A DNA stretch of 62,641 nt, filler included, from Chiloscyllium plagiosum (Eukaryota): assembly GCF_004010195.1 (NCBI RefSeq). It is 4 parts of one record of this genome, joined end to end, with 100 filler letters (N's around TTAATTAATTAA, not from the genome) between each part and the next. Parts side by side here need not be neighbours in the genome. Positions count along the whole stretch, not along the records: positions 17,834 to 37,937 come from NC_057713.1; positions 38,038 to 55,914 come from NC_057713.1; 2 more parts are not named here. One strand, written 5' to 3'. Of this stretch, positions 36,879 through 49,975 are shown one piece after another. The stretch's first letter is position 1. The number at the start of each line of letters is the position of its first letter. The position numbers and the translations under genes were made by a program. The notes below the pieces were generated by a model, which was given only the letters and a program-made list of their open reading frames with translations, was not told the DNA's origin and ran no database searches.

Positions 36879-37657
36879 TGTTAAGACGGACCCATGGGGT
36901 CCCGTCTTTGCGTGTTCTTTCGGAAGGAGAGACTCACACTGGCAACTATGATTAGACGCAGTCAGCAGTTTATTCACAGAATCCTAATTGATACAACGAA
37001 TCAACAGGCATGCATTCGTTGGAGAAGGCGTTCTGCCTTCCCGTTCAAAGTTGACACAATTATACTTCGCGCTGCCTGGAGTCCCCGGTCAGTTTGCCTT
37101 TCCCATTGGTCCATTCATCTGCACGCGCTGGGGATCCGTCCTCCTATTGGCCGCATCGAAGTGCCTGTCCAGCTCCTGCTGTGCTTGACAATGGCTCAGC
37201 CATCCCCGGGAGCGGTTCCGATCCCGTATTCAATAGTACATTGTCAAGGAATTACAATGCGTCTGACAGGCTAGCCATTTTCAATAGTTTTAGTTTAACT
37301 AAATTGACAATTACACTTATCAACTTTAGACTTAAATAGAGCCATTCACACTCACTAGTTACAGGTTCCGATAGAGCAATTCACACTTGTCTAACAGTTA
37401 CAGATTCCGATCAGTTTCTTTATTAATCCCGAGTTTCGATGGGGCAATTGATACTGGCTGGTATTTACAGGCTCCAAGATTTAATTAACATTATGCATAA
37501 ACCTTACAAGCTCCAGCCAGGTACTCATGCAGTCGCCAGCAGCAGCTCGCTTGGCTGTTGTTAACCATTTCAGGGCTGGAACTAGAAGTGTCTGTTGCAG
37601 AACTAGTGTCACCCTCCCTAGCCCTACATTAAACACCACAGTGAAATCACCCCAACA
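36879..37657 (-). mobile_element. Complete LTR of about 780 bp, preceded by a polypurine tract (3' LTR of a related element)
   Basis: On the minus strand, PPT aagggagggaa (37668-37658) precedes TGTT...AACA termini. Two CCAAT boxes (about 37150 and 37108), TATAA (about 37065) and AATAAA (about 36974) occur in canonical order. Its last 110 nt or so are a diverged copy of 36759-36868. Confidence 0.8.
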
Positions 37658-37937
37658 TTCCCTCCCTTGGCCTCTACTGAGGCCACACCAACCCATGTAA
37701 ACAGTAACGAACGTAAGAGGGCCGAAAGGGGGGAAAATAAACTACATCGGGTGCCACATCTGCTGTCCAAAAAAAGTCCCAAGTGTAAATGCCCAGTCGC
37801 TACGGTGGTGTGTGTTTTGTCTTGTGTTTTTTTTTTAAAACAAACGAGAAAATGTAAGGGCATACTGCCCGCAGTCAGGTATACGCCAGCGACCGGAAAC
37901 CCAATGGAACAGTGTACTGTGCCCCGGCCTTCCTGCC

Positions 37938-38037
37938 NNNNNNNNNNNNNNNNNNNNNNNNNNNNNNNNNNNNNNNNNNNNTTAATTAATTAANNNNNNN
38001 NNNNNNNNNNNNNNNNNNNNNNNNNNNNNNNNNNNNN
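37938..38037. other. Artificial scaffold or concatenation spacer
   Basis: N44-TTAATTAATTAA-N44. Confidence 0.9.
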
Positions 38038-38790
38038 GCCACTGTCTCTCTACCCCTCCGAATCTCTCTCTTCCCAAATCTCTGTCTCCTCTCTCTCTCT
38101 CCCCTCTCATTCTCACTCTGCTCCCTCCACACTCTCTCTCCGCCCTAACCACTCTAGATGTCTACCCGTTCCGACTCTATCGCTCTACCCGCCTCCAGCT
38201 GTACTTCTCTTTCCCTCTGCACCCTCCGATACTGTCTCTCTCTCCGCACTCCCACTCTCTCTCTCTCCTCCACTCGCTCTTTCTATACCCCAGACTCTCT
38301 CTCCCCCCTCCCTCCATGCACATTCTCTCTCTCTCTCATCCTTCCTTTACCTCTGATTGAATGTCATTCCATTCCCTCCCTCAATCTCTTTCCGACACAC
38401 TCTCTTTTGCTCCTCCTACCGTCTCCCTCTGACCCATTGATGAGGGTGGGTTGAGATGCTAGGAGTGGAGTAGAGGATAGACAGATAGGGTCGGGTTGGT
38501 GGAGAGATAGAAAGGCGAGAGAGAGACAGCGATATCAGGAGAGTGAGAGAGAAAGTTAGTGCGTGAAAGAAGAGTGGTAGCAGGTGGAGCTACAGGTGTT
38601 GAGAGACAGAGAGAGATTTGGGAAGAGAGTGAGTGAAAGGGAGACGGGGAGAGAAATAGAGTATGTCGAGGGAGGAAGTGAGTGAAATGAGGAGAAAGAG
38701 GGAGCGAGAGTGCAAGTGAGGAGCTGAGGGTGGAGGCGAGAGAGCGTGTGATAGAGAGAGGGATGGAGAGAGAAGAAGACGGACTCAGTT
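38038..38790. repeat. Low-complexity CT-rich tract followed by a GA-rich tract
   Basis: Pyrimidine-rich at about 38038-38435 and purine-rich at about 38440-38790. Confidence 0.8.
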
Positions 38791-39239
38791 GAGTTGAGTT
38801 GGGGTGAATGGGCTGCAGAAATGAATTTTGCCAAAGGCCCATTCGAAGTGTGATTCCCAGTGGCGAAAGCAAGGACAGAGTGACATATACCGAACTGGTG
38901 AGCTCAGGAATCGGTCTTCTCCTCTTCCCTGAGGACCAGGACTTGGTACTGAATCTGTCTCTCACGAGCTGAGCTTATTCAAAACAAAGACAAGCAACAT
39001 CATTCACTCCGCTGCTCAGTGCTTTTTAGTGACCATTTTTATTGTGTACAAATAAATCTATTCGATCCAGTCAGTGGGAGGGTGCCTTCAGAGATTGGCC
39101 CTGAGTTAACAGAAGCATTGAAATGTCTCCCTTCCATCCTCTGTTGGATAAGCTCAGAAAAAAACAGCACTACCCTCATATTGCTAGGCTATTTCATTGC
39201 TGAAACAATGAAATGAAATGTGTAAAACCCGAATGGTTT

Positions 39240-39904
39240 GATGAATGAATGAATTTGATTGATTGAACTTGGATGAAGGGATATTTCAGTACATTCTTCA
39301 GCTGCTGTCTGAAATTAGTCTGGATCACCGACATAAATCTCGGCGTTTGTGCAGAAACTGAGGAGCTGCAGCAGAAAGCCAAGTTCCCACACAAAGAATT
39401 CTAAAGACGCAATGTTATCCACAATATACCACGTCCGTCTCCATATAGAAAACACCATTAATGTTGACCATAACAGGATGGAATTGGCCGAGATCACACA
39501 CAGTAAAATTATGGACTTTTTCGATATCTCATTTTTGTGTCAGACTGAACATCCCACTTGGTGTGAGCGCGGAGTCTCCTGCGGGCTCTGCTGGTAAGTA
39601 AAACGTGTCTGACGATGAATGCATTGAGCAGAAGAATCAGGAGAAAAGGGANNNNNNNNNNNNNTGATAGTGAACCAGACCGAACAATCAGTGCCTGCAT
39701 AAAGCAGGACGGCGTGGATATTACGCACGGGGATTGACCTCAGGAAATTAAACGGTTCGTTAGAAACAATGGGAATCTGTCTCCATATCAGCTCGAGGAT
39801 AATGGCCCGTAGAACCGCCAGTGCCATGGCCCCCAGGTAACGTCTGACACATGGAGACAATCCACAATCTTGAAGAAGCAGGACGTAGATCGTCACTACG
39901 TTTA
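39240..39904 (-). pseudogene. GPR139-like class A GPCR, main coding exon, frameshifted
   Basis: Acceptor ttttcgcag| precedes 39904. The translation is VNVVTIYVL...CGLSPCVRRYLGAMA...NIHAVLLYAGTDCSVWFT [gap] PFLLILLLNAFIVRHVLLTSRARRRLR / SIILLCVISANSILLW...ELGFLLQLLSFCTNAEIY / QTNFRQQLKNVLKYPF. Two 1-nt frameshifts lie near 39518 and 39329. The TM3-TM5 region is missing at the short N gap. Confidence 0.8.
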
Positions 39905-42662
39905 CTGCGAAAAAGGTAAACAAACACATTATGCATCAGTCTGGAGGCAAAGTGACCAGTTTGATTGAGGACGCAGTGGGATTTTCAAACGTGTCACTGT
40001 ATTTAGAGATTTATTTCAATAATTTAAGCTGACATAACAAATGTAAAACTCTGAATTATTGAAAATAAATGTCATAAAACGCAAGCAAGCGTCCCTGCTC
40101 AAACACACAGAAACACATCCATAAGAAGAGATGGTTTCTCGAACATTCCCCATCAAAGATCATTCGAGAACAGACACAGGTAACGTATTTCCAATTCCTC
40201 AAACGTAGGGTGAAAATGATTCTGTTCTAAAGGATTCTTTCCTCGTTCCTTGAAGACAAGCAGAGTCTGGAAATTTCTTGTCTTTTAGACTAAATTATGG
40301 CTAATCCTACGTCGTGAAGAAATATAAACGCAGGGAAAACACATTCACCCCCTTGAACGCCTGAGGAATCTTCAGAATGGTGTCTCCTTCTCCCTGGAAC
40401 GTGATTCCCTTCCTCGGGATCTTGTCATTTGTTCAAACCACTGACAGACGGCCGTTCACAAATGTCAGGGATAGAATGTTCTGGAGAATGTCGGATAAAG
40501 AGGGTTCCCGGGAATGTCGGGCATGGAATGTTCCGGGGAATGTTGGGTGCAGTATATGATGGAGTCATAAAGACCCATATCACAAAGAAACTTCCGCCCA
40601 CCGGGGTTTGGTTAGACCCAATCAGCCTCACTGTGGGAATCTCTCCCCAAACTCAACTCAACTGAACTGGAACATTGTACGCAAAATGAATAACACAAAG
40701 ATAATAGCTCAAAATGTTGATGTAAGATCTTCTTTAATAACAATGCAGATGTCATCCCTTAATCAGCTATTTCCTCCGAACTCCCTTTTCAGTTCGATCT
40801 GGCAAACACAGCTGTAAAATGTCCTGGATATTCAGTTACCAATGTCGGTCACCCTGTACTCATGTCATTGTAATGGCATTAAATCATATCCATTTCCCTC
40901 AATGTAGGCATTGATCTCATCAGCCTGCTTTGAGAGTAAAATACACATTATGATAGATTGCCTTTCATTCTCCTTTTTAACCTATGAGTCCCTGCCCATA
41001 GTTAAGTTTATCCCTCATATTGACCCGGTTAGGAAACAGTCTGACACAGTCATACTCATAGATTCAGGTCTTATTGGTAATGTTTCATGAAACTCCATCA
41101 CCACCCTCTGGATATATCCTGTCCCACCAGTGATGGCGGCACCGTGGGATACATTCAGGAAATTAGTTAACCTTGGAATTCCCCAACAATGATTCTAGAA
41201 CCCTGGATATCTAATAGTAACAGGTCACGGATGGTCAAGCAAACCACCTGATGATAGACATCTACTACCCTCCACACTACGCATCGGTGAAAACTCAGTT
41301 CCCCAAAACGTTAAAAACAAATCAGAGTAAGCATTGAGGCTAACAAGAACACACAACGTACTCTTGATGTGGGACTTCATAGTCTATCACTAAGAGTGTG
41401 CCCACATGCTCACCACTGACTGACCAGCTCGGTCTCAAATACACAGCAGGCAGACTGATGGGGGTACCAAGACGAGGGAAATATTTTCACCAAACTCCTT
41501 CTCACTGATGGATCTGATCCTAATATTATCTCTAGGAGCAGCAGGCACACAGTCCTGTCGGAGGGAAATTCTAACTCTCATATTGTAGGTACTGCCCACT
41601 GTGCTCTGTAGCACTACCCCCTGTGAGATATGACATATTTCTAAAAGATCGAGAAAATGGAAACCAGGCATCCACGAGTCACTGTGGACAATCAACAAAT
41701 GCAGCATCAATGGACTTCCCTCCATCATGAAGTTAGAAGTGCGCTGTCACTGATGGTACTAAATGTTCAGCACCATTCCCAACAACACCCGGACTGAAGC
41801 AGCCTATGCAGCCTCTCAAGAGTTTTAAACACGAACAGAAAGAGGCCATTCAGCCATTCGAGAATTCTACTCAGAAACTTGAGCAAATCTTTTCATCTCT
41901 CTTGACTGATACACAGGAAATGGAAGTGAACATTCAGCCTTTGAAATCTACTGCACAGGAATACGGGGAGGATTGGTTACTGAGACGTGAGCAGGTAGAA
42001 ATGTGGGATAAATCCGTCTTTATCAGATCGACACAAATTGACGACTAGAGTGGCACAGTGACCACTGTTCGGTCCACAACTATCTGCAGCCAATATCACC
42101 GGTTTGGATAAGTGGAAAAAACACCTTCTTACTAAGATAGGCAGGAAGTTAAGTTATCAAGAATAAGTGGAGAACCTCCTATTGGATATCAATACACAAT
42201 AACGTGACAGCAGGAATATAACGTGGGTAACTGTGAAACTGTGAATTTGTTTTTCAGGAAGAATAAACGGCAGTATATAAATGGAGAGAGATGACAGGAC
42301 TTAATGATACACTGTGTATTCTGACCCGTTTTGGCATCGGAGGTGTTGCGGCTTCGCCCTGATGCTTTACTCCCTGATGCTCCCAGTGACCCNNNNNNNN
42401 NNNNNNNNNNNNNNNNNNNNNNNNNNNNNNNNNNNNNNNNNNNNNNNNNNNNNNNNNNNNNNNNNNNNNNNNNNNNNNNNNNNNNNNNNNNNNNNNNNNN
42501 NNNNNNNNNNNNNNNNNNNNNNNNNNNNNNNNNNNNNNNNNNNNNNNNNNNNNNNNNNNNNNNNNNNNNNNNNNNNNNCACACTGGGATGTGATGCATAT
42601 GTCACCCGCTCTGTCCTGGAATGTTCTGATTCATAGAAACTGAATGAAACTGTGACCCTTAC

Positions 42663-42921
42663 CGCCACTGGCAGCGCCGTCCTCCCCATCGTGTGAAGCT
42701 GCAGGTCATGTTGAATGAGATGACACGCTCTGTGTCAAGCTCCTTGTTCAATCAGAGTCCCATCACACTCTGCTCCGCCGTTAGTGTAGTTTGGGAAGCT
42801 GTTCTTGGAAAACTCAGAGAGGTTTTCCCCCACCACGTTGACGCACGTAAACCAGCCCAGTGTATTGTTTTGTAACACTCTGGTAGATCATTGCCCAGTG
42901 TGTGGCAACTTGCAGCACATG
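42663..42921 (-). pseudogene. Possible decayed exon of a cadherin-repeat-like gene
   Basis: Bounded by ctttcag| and |gtaagg. Frames give pieces RVLQNNTLGWF..VNVVGE and LNKELDTERVISFNMTC, resembling the PEN and LDxE cadherin motifs. Stops and frameshifts are required. Confidence 0.25.
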
Positions 42922-42989
42922 CTGAAAGTGACAGGATATCCAGCTCCCATCTATTTACAGGTCTATATCTCCATTGTGCCAAAGGACGT

Positions 42990-45125
42990 GGCACATTTTG
43001 CCAAGAGGAGTAAGGAAGCTGGCATAAACGTGAAGAGGCAATCATCATCGAGGGCTTTACGGCGCTACAAGGAAGGAACAGAAGAATGGAATAGGAGAGC
43101 GAGAAGGACGCAAGAAAAAAGCCTCGGAGGCTAGGGAAGGGAAAACTCAAATGCGTTCTACACTCATATGAGCAACAAGAAAATGACCAAAGTGAGAGTA
43201 GGGCCAATGAGGGATATTGGAGGGAACTTGCGCCCAAGTCAGAGGAGGTAGGAGAGGTCCTTGATGAATATTTTGCTTCAATATTTACTAGTGTTGGGGC
43301 GAGAGGTGGGGGGGGGGGGGGGGGGAGGCAACCTCGTCGTTTGTGAGGGCAACGTGAAACAAGGTGGTATGCCAGAACAGGTTAATGTTATGAAGGAGGA
43401 TGTGCTGAAAAGTTTAAAAAAGACAAAGATAGGTTAATGCCCTGGGCATGCGGGTTATACCCTACGTTAATACAGGAAGCGTGGGAAGATGTTCCTGCGT
43501 CTTTGGCACTGATATTTGCGTTCTCTCTATATACCTGAGTAGTGCCAATGATTGGAGGTTTGGAAACGTTATTCTAGTGTTCAAGAGAGGGAATATGTAC
43601 AATCCTGGGAATTGCAGACCAGTGAGTCGAACGTCACTGCTGGTCAACATATTGGAGAGGATTCCGAGAGACAGGATTTATGATTACTTGGAAACATTAG
43701 GAAGAGGAAGAGTGGGCTAGTCATTTTGCCGATGACAGGAAGTTGTTGGAGTTGTGGATAGTGCAAAAGTCTGTTATACGTTGCAACGAGACACTGACAG
43801 GATGCAGAGCTGGGCTGAGACACTGACAGGATGCAGAGATGGGCTGAGAAGTGGCAGATAGAGTTCAAACTGGAAAATTGTAAAGTCATTCACTTTGGAA
43901 GGACAAATTTGAATGCAGAATACAGGGTTATAAGCAGGCTTGTTTACATTGTGGAGAATCAGAGGGATCGTGGTGTCCATATTCATAGATACATCAAAAT
44001 TGCCACCCAGGTTGACAGGGTTGTTAAGAAGTCGTGTGTTCTGTTGGTTTTCATTTGCAGGGAATTGATTTTCAGAGCCGTGAAGTTACACCAAACGTGG
44101 AACACTGCGTTCAGTTCTGGTCACGTCATTGTATGATAAATTCGGAATCTTTAGAGACAGTGCATAGGATATTTACCAGGATGCTCCCGCGATTTGAGGA
44201 CCTGCCTTATGAAGAAAGTTTGATGAAACAACGGCTTTTCTTGTTGCAGTGAAGAAGGGTGAAATGTGACTTGACAGAAGTGTAAAAGATGTTGAGAGGC
44301 GTAGCTACTGTGAATAGCCAGAGACTATTTCACATGGTGGAAATGATTATCACGAAGTGGCATAATTTTAAGGCAATTGGAGGAAGGTTTTGGGCAGATG
44401 TCAGAAAGGATCGGTGCTGGTCCTCTACTTTTTGTCAGTTACAAAAATGATTTGGATGCGAGCATAAGAGGTACAGTTAGTAAGTTTGCAGATGACACCA
44501 AAATTGGGGATGCAGTGGATAGCGAAGTGTGTTACCGCAGATTACAACAGGATCTGGACCAGATGGGTCAATGGGCTGAGAAGTGGCAGATGGAGTTTAA
44601 TTCAGATAAATATGAGGTGCTGCATTTTGGGAAAGCAAATCTTAACAGGACTTATACACTTAATGGTAAGGTCCTGGGAGTGTTGCTCAACAAAGAGACC
44701 TTGGAGTGCAGGTTCAAAGCTCCTTGAAAGTGGAGTCGCAGTTAGAGAGGATAGTGAAGAAGGCGTTAGGTATGTTTTCCTCTATTGGTCAGAGTATTGA
44801 ATACAGGAGTTGGGAGGTCATGTTGCAGCTGTACAGGACATTGGTTAGGCCACTGTTGGAATATTGCGTGCAATTCTGGTCTCCTTCCTATTGGAAAGAT
44901 GTTGTGAAACTTGAAAGGGTTCAGACGGGTATGGAATGAGCTGCCAGATGACGTGTTGGAGACTGGAACAATTGCAACATTTAAGAGGCATGTGGATGGG
45001 TATATGATAGGAATGATTGGAGGCTGGCGCTGCCAGGTGGCACTAGATTGGGATGGGATGTCTGGTCGGCATGGGCAGGTTGGACCAAAGGGTCTTTTAC
45101 CATGTTGTACATCTCTATGACTCTA
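42990..45125 (+). mobile_element. Cluster of CR1 LINE fragments (at least two copies)
   Basis: Motifs PGNCRPVS, WAEKWQIEF, SKFADDTKIG, LYRTLVRPLLEYCVQFWSP and a 3' tail ctctatgactcta at about 45115. Confidence 0.85.
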
Positions 45126-45199
45126 TCACCACAGAGCAAATTAAGTACTGTCAGGTTCCTTATGTCTGCATAAAAAGGCAGTATGTCAGTGCACTTACC

Positions 45200-45555
45200 T
45201 GTGCATCTAAATTATTGCCTCTATATCTGTGTGTATTTGTTTCTGTGTCTATATTTACCTGTTGTGTGTGTGTATGTGTTTCTGTCTCTGTTTATATCTG
45301 TCTCTGTGTGTATCCGTGAGCCCTTCCTTGCCTCTGTGTGCATATGTGTGGATTTGTCTCGGTCTATGTGTTGTGTGTCCATTTATCTGTATCAATCTAC
45401 GTCTGCATCTGTCTCTGTGTACAACTGCATGTCTGTATTTGTCTCTCTGTGGCTGTATTTGTCATTGTCTATCTGCATGCCCACAGCATCACCATCCAAG
45501 TTGACAGCACCATCACCACACACACACACACACGCATGCACACGCACACACGTAC
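45200..45555. repeat. Degenerate (TG)n/(CA)n low-complexity tract
   Basis: Visible tgtgtgtat/ctgtgt and cacacaca runs. Confidence 0.75.
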
Positions 45556-45664
45556 TAGGTTCATGTGTAGAGGATTGCAATTCTACTGCTGACACTCAGA
45601 TTGGAAAAAGTAAATGTTAATAAATGTGAGTGTTCCTTCTGCAACGTGGAAATGACTGGTCTTT

Positions 45665-45950
45665 GGCGGCATAATGGCTCAGTGGTTAGCACCGCGATCT
45701 CGCAGCACTAGGGAGCGGGGTTCGATTACAGCCTCAGGCTGCATTTTCCCTGTGTATGCGTGGGTTTGCTCCTGTTTCCTCACGCCGTCCAAAGATGTGC
45801 GGGTGAGGTGAATTGGCCATGCTAAATTGCCCATAGTGATAAGCGCGTTAGTAGGAGCTAGTGAATGCGTCTGGGTGGATTATTCTTCGGAGGGTCAGTG
45901 TGGACTTGTTGGGCCGAAGGTCCTGTTTACTCACTGTATGAAATCTAACC
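45665..45950 (+). mobile_element. HE1-like SINE
   Basis: A box tggctcagtgg, B box ggttcgattac, and a core and tail as at 32922. Confidence 0.85.
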
Positions 45951-47689
45951 TAAAAAGAAATATTCTAATCCAGTTATTCCTGACATTAAAGTGTATGTCC
46001 ACTGCAGTTGTATGCAGGTGAACCATTTTTCAGGCAAAGGAGACGAATTCTGTTTCACGTTCTTCAACTTGCAACGTTTGTAATGCACTCTTTCAAATTT
46101 GAGAAAGGATTGAAATGTCCAAAAACATACCCCTTATGTGTGGTAATATTTCAGGAACAATATCGCAACGCATCGGATGAAGTTGCCCTGTAGCTCCAAA
46201 GGCATTATTTAAAGGATTAAACGGATGAAATGTGTAAACGTACTTGATGTCCTTTCAAGAAATAATATTTATCACTTGTGCAGTGGTGTGGGAGGCCGGT
46301 GGAAAGTGGCATTGACTCGATCTTATTACGACAAGGATAGCTGGAGAGAGGGAGAGAGAGGAACTTTAACTCTGATTTCAATCAATTTACACGAAAAACA
46401 GCAGGAACGTATTACACAACAATGCAGACCAAGATACATATAAATATAGATAAGCAGACTAATATACACAAAAAGGAAATTAAGCACACACCTATGAAGA
46501 CACATACATGCACACACTCACACACATGGACACAAGCCAGCATTTTAGACAGATGTAGGAATGTTTTTCATTCATAGGGGATGAATGGTCAGTAAGAGAA
46601 GGCCCAAGGATAGAAACATTTCAGCCGTAATCAAACGGCACTGCAGACTCGATGGGCTGAATGGGCTAAATCTGCTCCATTTCTTTGGCTTTTGCGAAAA
46701 ATTGGAATTATGTTCAGGTACTTTCAGTGGAGACTGAATTGGATAAGTATTTGATAGTCGAGGGTTAATGGAAATGTGGACAGGTTTGAGAGTCTGAATG
46801 GTCTATATGAGTCATTGGAATCTTTCCACTGCTTTAAGCAAAGGGAATCTGCAAAATACCAGGAGGAAACAGCACTGTGAGCAGCTTGTTTGGGCAAAAT
46901 CATTTCATAGGCAGAATAACATTCAGCACGATTGATTTCTCTTTTGAATTGTGCAATCTTTGCTGTTCCCATCACCAAATAGCAGTGAAGACTGAGTTAC
47001 TGAAAATATTCAATCTCGAATTCTACCGAAGAAGAGAATCCGTGGTTATTGGGAACCACAGCATGTTCAGCCACAGTCACATTAAAATGAGAATTCTGAA
47101 TGATGCAGAGTAGAGAGGCCGAATGCCCAGCGACTGCTTCTCTCCCATGTTTTACTCTTCAACCCCTAACCACGATGCAGTTACAGAGGGACAGGAAGAT
47201 CACATTCATCCAGTCAAGATTGCTACCATGTGATGGAACAAGACCATCTGCCCCACTCAGGACTTATGCACAAATAGAATCAGCTATTCAGCACTTTGTG
47301 CAATTACACAGCACAGGACTAGGCAATCCAACCATTCTCGGCTGCTACGTAGCAACAGCAGAGCACTGGTTAGCTACTCTGAAATAGACAACAGGGAGAA
47401 ACTAATATTTTCAGGTTGGAAAGCTGTAACTTGGTCTAGCGTCTCAGGATTCTATGTGAGATAAACTATTTACATTCTATCTAATTGATATAGATAAGGG
47501 GACTGATTGGATTGGAGTTCAATTAGGTCATTCACCAAGGTAGTCAAATCATTGGACACGGAGAGACTGCATTGGGACATAGACAGAGGAGAAAACTTCA
47601 GCAAAGATGGTATAATTTGGTATATGGGAGTTTGTGCTGTGTTGGAAGGATAAAATAAGGATAAAATAACCTTGAACTACATATCCCAC

Positions 47690-49975
47690 TGTCACTACTC
47701 CCGCTTCCCCAGAACCCCGAGGTGAGCATCACTTCCGAAAATGACGTCACACCCATTCCACCCACGGCCTTGCCACCTCCAGTCACAGTCTCCTCTCCCA
47801 CTCTCGGCTCCAGCCCCATACCAGTTCCGAACTCGCAGCCCGGCCGAATTTTCACTTCCCACTCGACCTCCCCTTGAGGACAAGCGATCTGTCCTCAGCA
47901 GATGCCTTATCTTCATCCCTCTCCACCCACGCATCAACGAATTCAATACACATTTTGAAGTCGAACATTCTGCTGCCTCCACTTCCGAGATTGCTTTTTC
48001 AATCAAGATTCCAGCTTCCCTTCGGAGTCTCCCTTCACCCACGTCCAACAAACCCCATCCTCCTGGACACCCCGTGCCTGTCTATTATCCACCCTCGACC
48101 TCTTTTTTTCCAACAACCACTGAGGCATTAACCGCGTCAACCAGTCCAAAATACCCCATCACTCCAACCTTTCTCTCTCACAATGCGCAGACCTCCACTC
48201 CCTGTTCCAACCCGCAAACTCATCTTCAAACCCGCGGACAAAGAGGAGGGAGGGGCAATGGTACTTTCGCGTTCTGTCCTCTACACTGCCAGGCGCCAAC
48301 TCGAGGACAACTGCTCCTACCGACACGTTGACCATGACCTCTCCAAACAATCATCTCCAAACCATAATTTCCCAGACCATACCTCAGGGGAACTCCCATG
48401 CACGGCTTCTAACTTCATTGCTCGGGTTCCGAAGTATTCGTCCTCCTTCCCAAGATCCACAAGACTGAACTACTCTGGCCGACAGATTGTCTCAGCTTGC
48501 TTCTGCCCCACAGAATTTATCTCCACCTACCTCGATACTGTCATATCCCCCCTGTCTAGGAACTCCACATATGCGGTCAGGACACCACCCATGCTCTCCA
48601 TTACCTCCATGATCTCCGTTTCCTTGTCCTAATCGCCTCATTTTGACAATGGTCATCGAGTCGCTCCACACCTCCACCCTCCATGATCATGGCCTTCAAT
48701 CCCTCCGTTTTGTCCTCTCCGACGTCCATACATTACCATTCCACTAACACTTTTATTCGTTTGGCTAAACTGGTCCTCACCATCAACAATGTCTCCTTAT
48801 AATCCTCTCACCTCCTCCAGACTAAATGGGAAGCCATGGGGAACCCACATGGGCCCAGCTATCGGAGTCTCCCTTCACCCACGTCCAACAAACCCCATCC
48901 TCCTGGACACCCCGTGCCTGTCTATTATCCACCCTCGACCTCTTTTTTTCCAACAACCACTGAGGCATTAACCGTGTCAACCAGTCCAAAATACCCCATC
49001 ACTCCAACCTTTCTCTCTCACAATGCGCAGACCTCCACTCCCTGTTCCAACCCGCAAACTCATCTTCAAACCCGCGGACAAAGAGGAGGGAGGGGCAATG
49101 GTACTTTGGCGTTCTGTCCTCTACACTGCCAGGCGCCAACTCGAGGACAACTGCTCCTACCGACACGTTGACCATGACCTCTCCAAACAATCGTCTCCAA
49201 ACCATAATTTCCCAGACCATGCCTCAGGGGACCTCCCATGCACGGCTTCTAACTTCATTGCTCGGGTTCCGAAGTATTCGTCCTCCTTCCCAAGATCCAC
49301 AAGACTGAACTACTCTGGCCGACAGATTGTCTCAGCTTGCTTCTGCCCCACAGAATTTATCTCCACCTACCTCGATACTGTCATATCCCCCCTGTCTAGG
49401 AACTCCACATATGCGGTCAGGACACCACCCATGCTCTCCATCACCTCCATGATCTCCGTTTCCTTGTCCCAATCGCCTCATTTTGACAATGGTCAACGAG
49501 TCGCTCCACACCTCCACCCTCCATGACCATGGCCTTCAATCCCTCCGTTTTGTCCTCTCCGACGTCCATACATTACCATTCCACTAACACTTTTATTCGT
49601 TTGGCTAAACTGGTCCTCACCATCAACATTGTCTCCTTAGAATCCTCTCACCTCCTCCAGACTAAATGGGAAGCCATGGGGAACCCGCATGGGCCCAGCT
49701 ATGCCTGTCCCTTGGTCGGCTACGTACAAGTGTCTACCTTCCGGAGTGACACCGGCACCACTCCCACCTTTTCATCCACGAGATTGATGACTGCTTTGGC
49801 GTCACCATGTGCTCCCACAAGGAAGTCAAGCACTTCATCAACTTCAACAATACATTCCACCCCGAGCTTAAGTTCACTTGGACCATCTCTGGCACTTCAC
49901 GCCCCTTCCTGGACCTCTCCATCTCCTTCAACATTGACCGTCTCAACACTGACATTTTCTGCAAACCCACTCATC
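47690..49975 (+). mobile_element. Decayed Penelope-like RT region containing an 840-bp tandem duplication
   Basis: Motifs LIFKPADK..GGA, ARRQL.D, GRQIVSAC.CPTE.IS.YLD, AMG..GPSYA and FNNTFHPELKFTW..S...PFLDLSI. Units 48022-48861 and 48862-49701 are nearly identical. Confidence 0.85.

Noticed and set aside
38038..38790. Large inverted repeat (CT tract facing a GA tract)
   Set aside because: The complementarity appears compositional only. I could not align specific arms.
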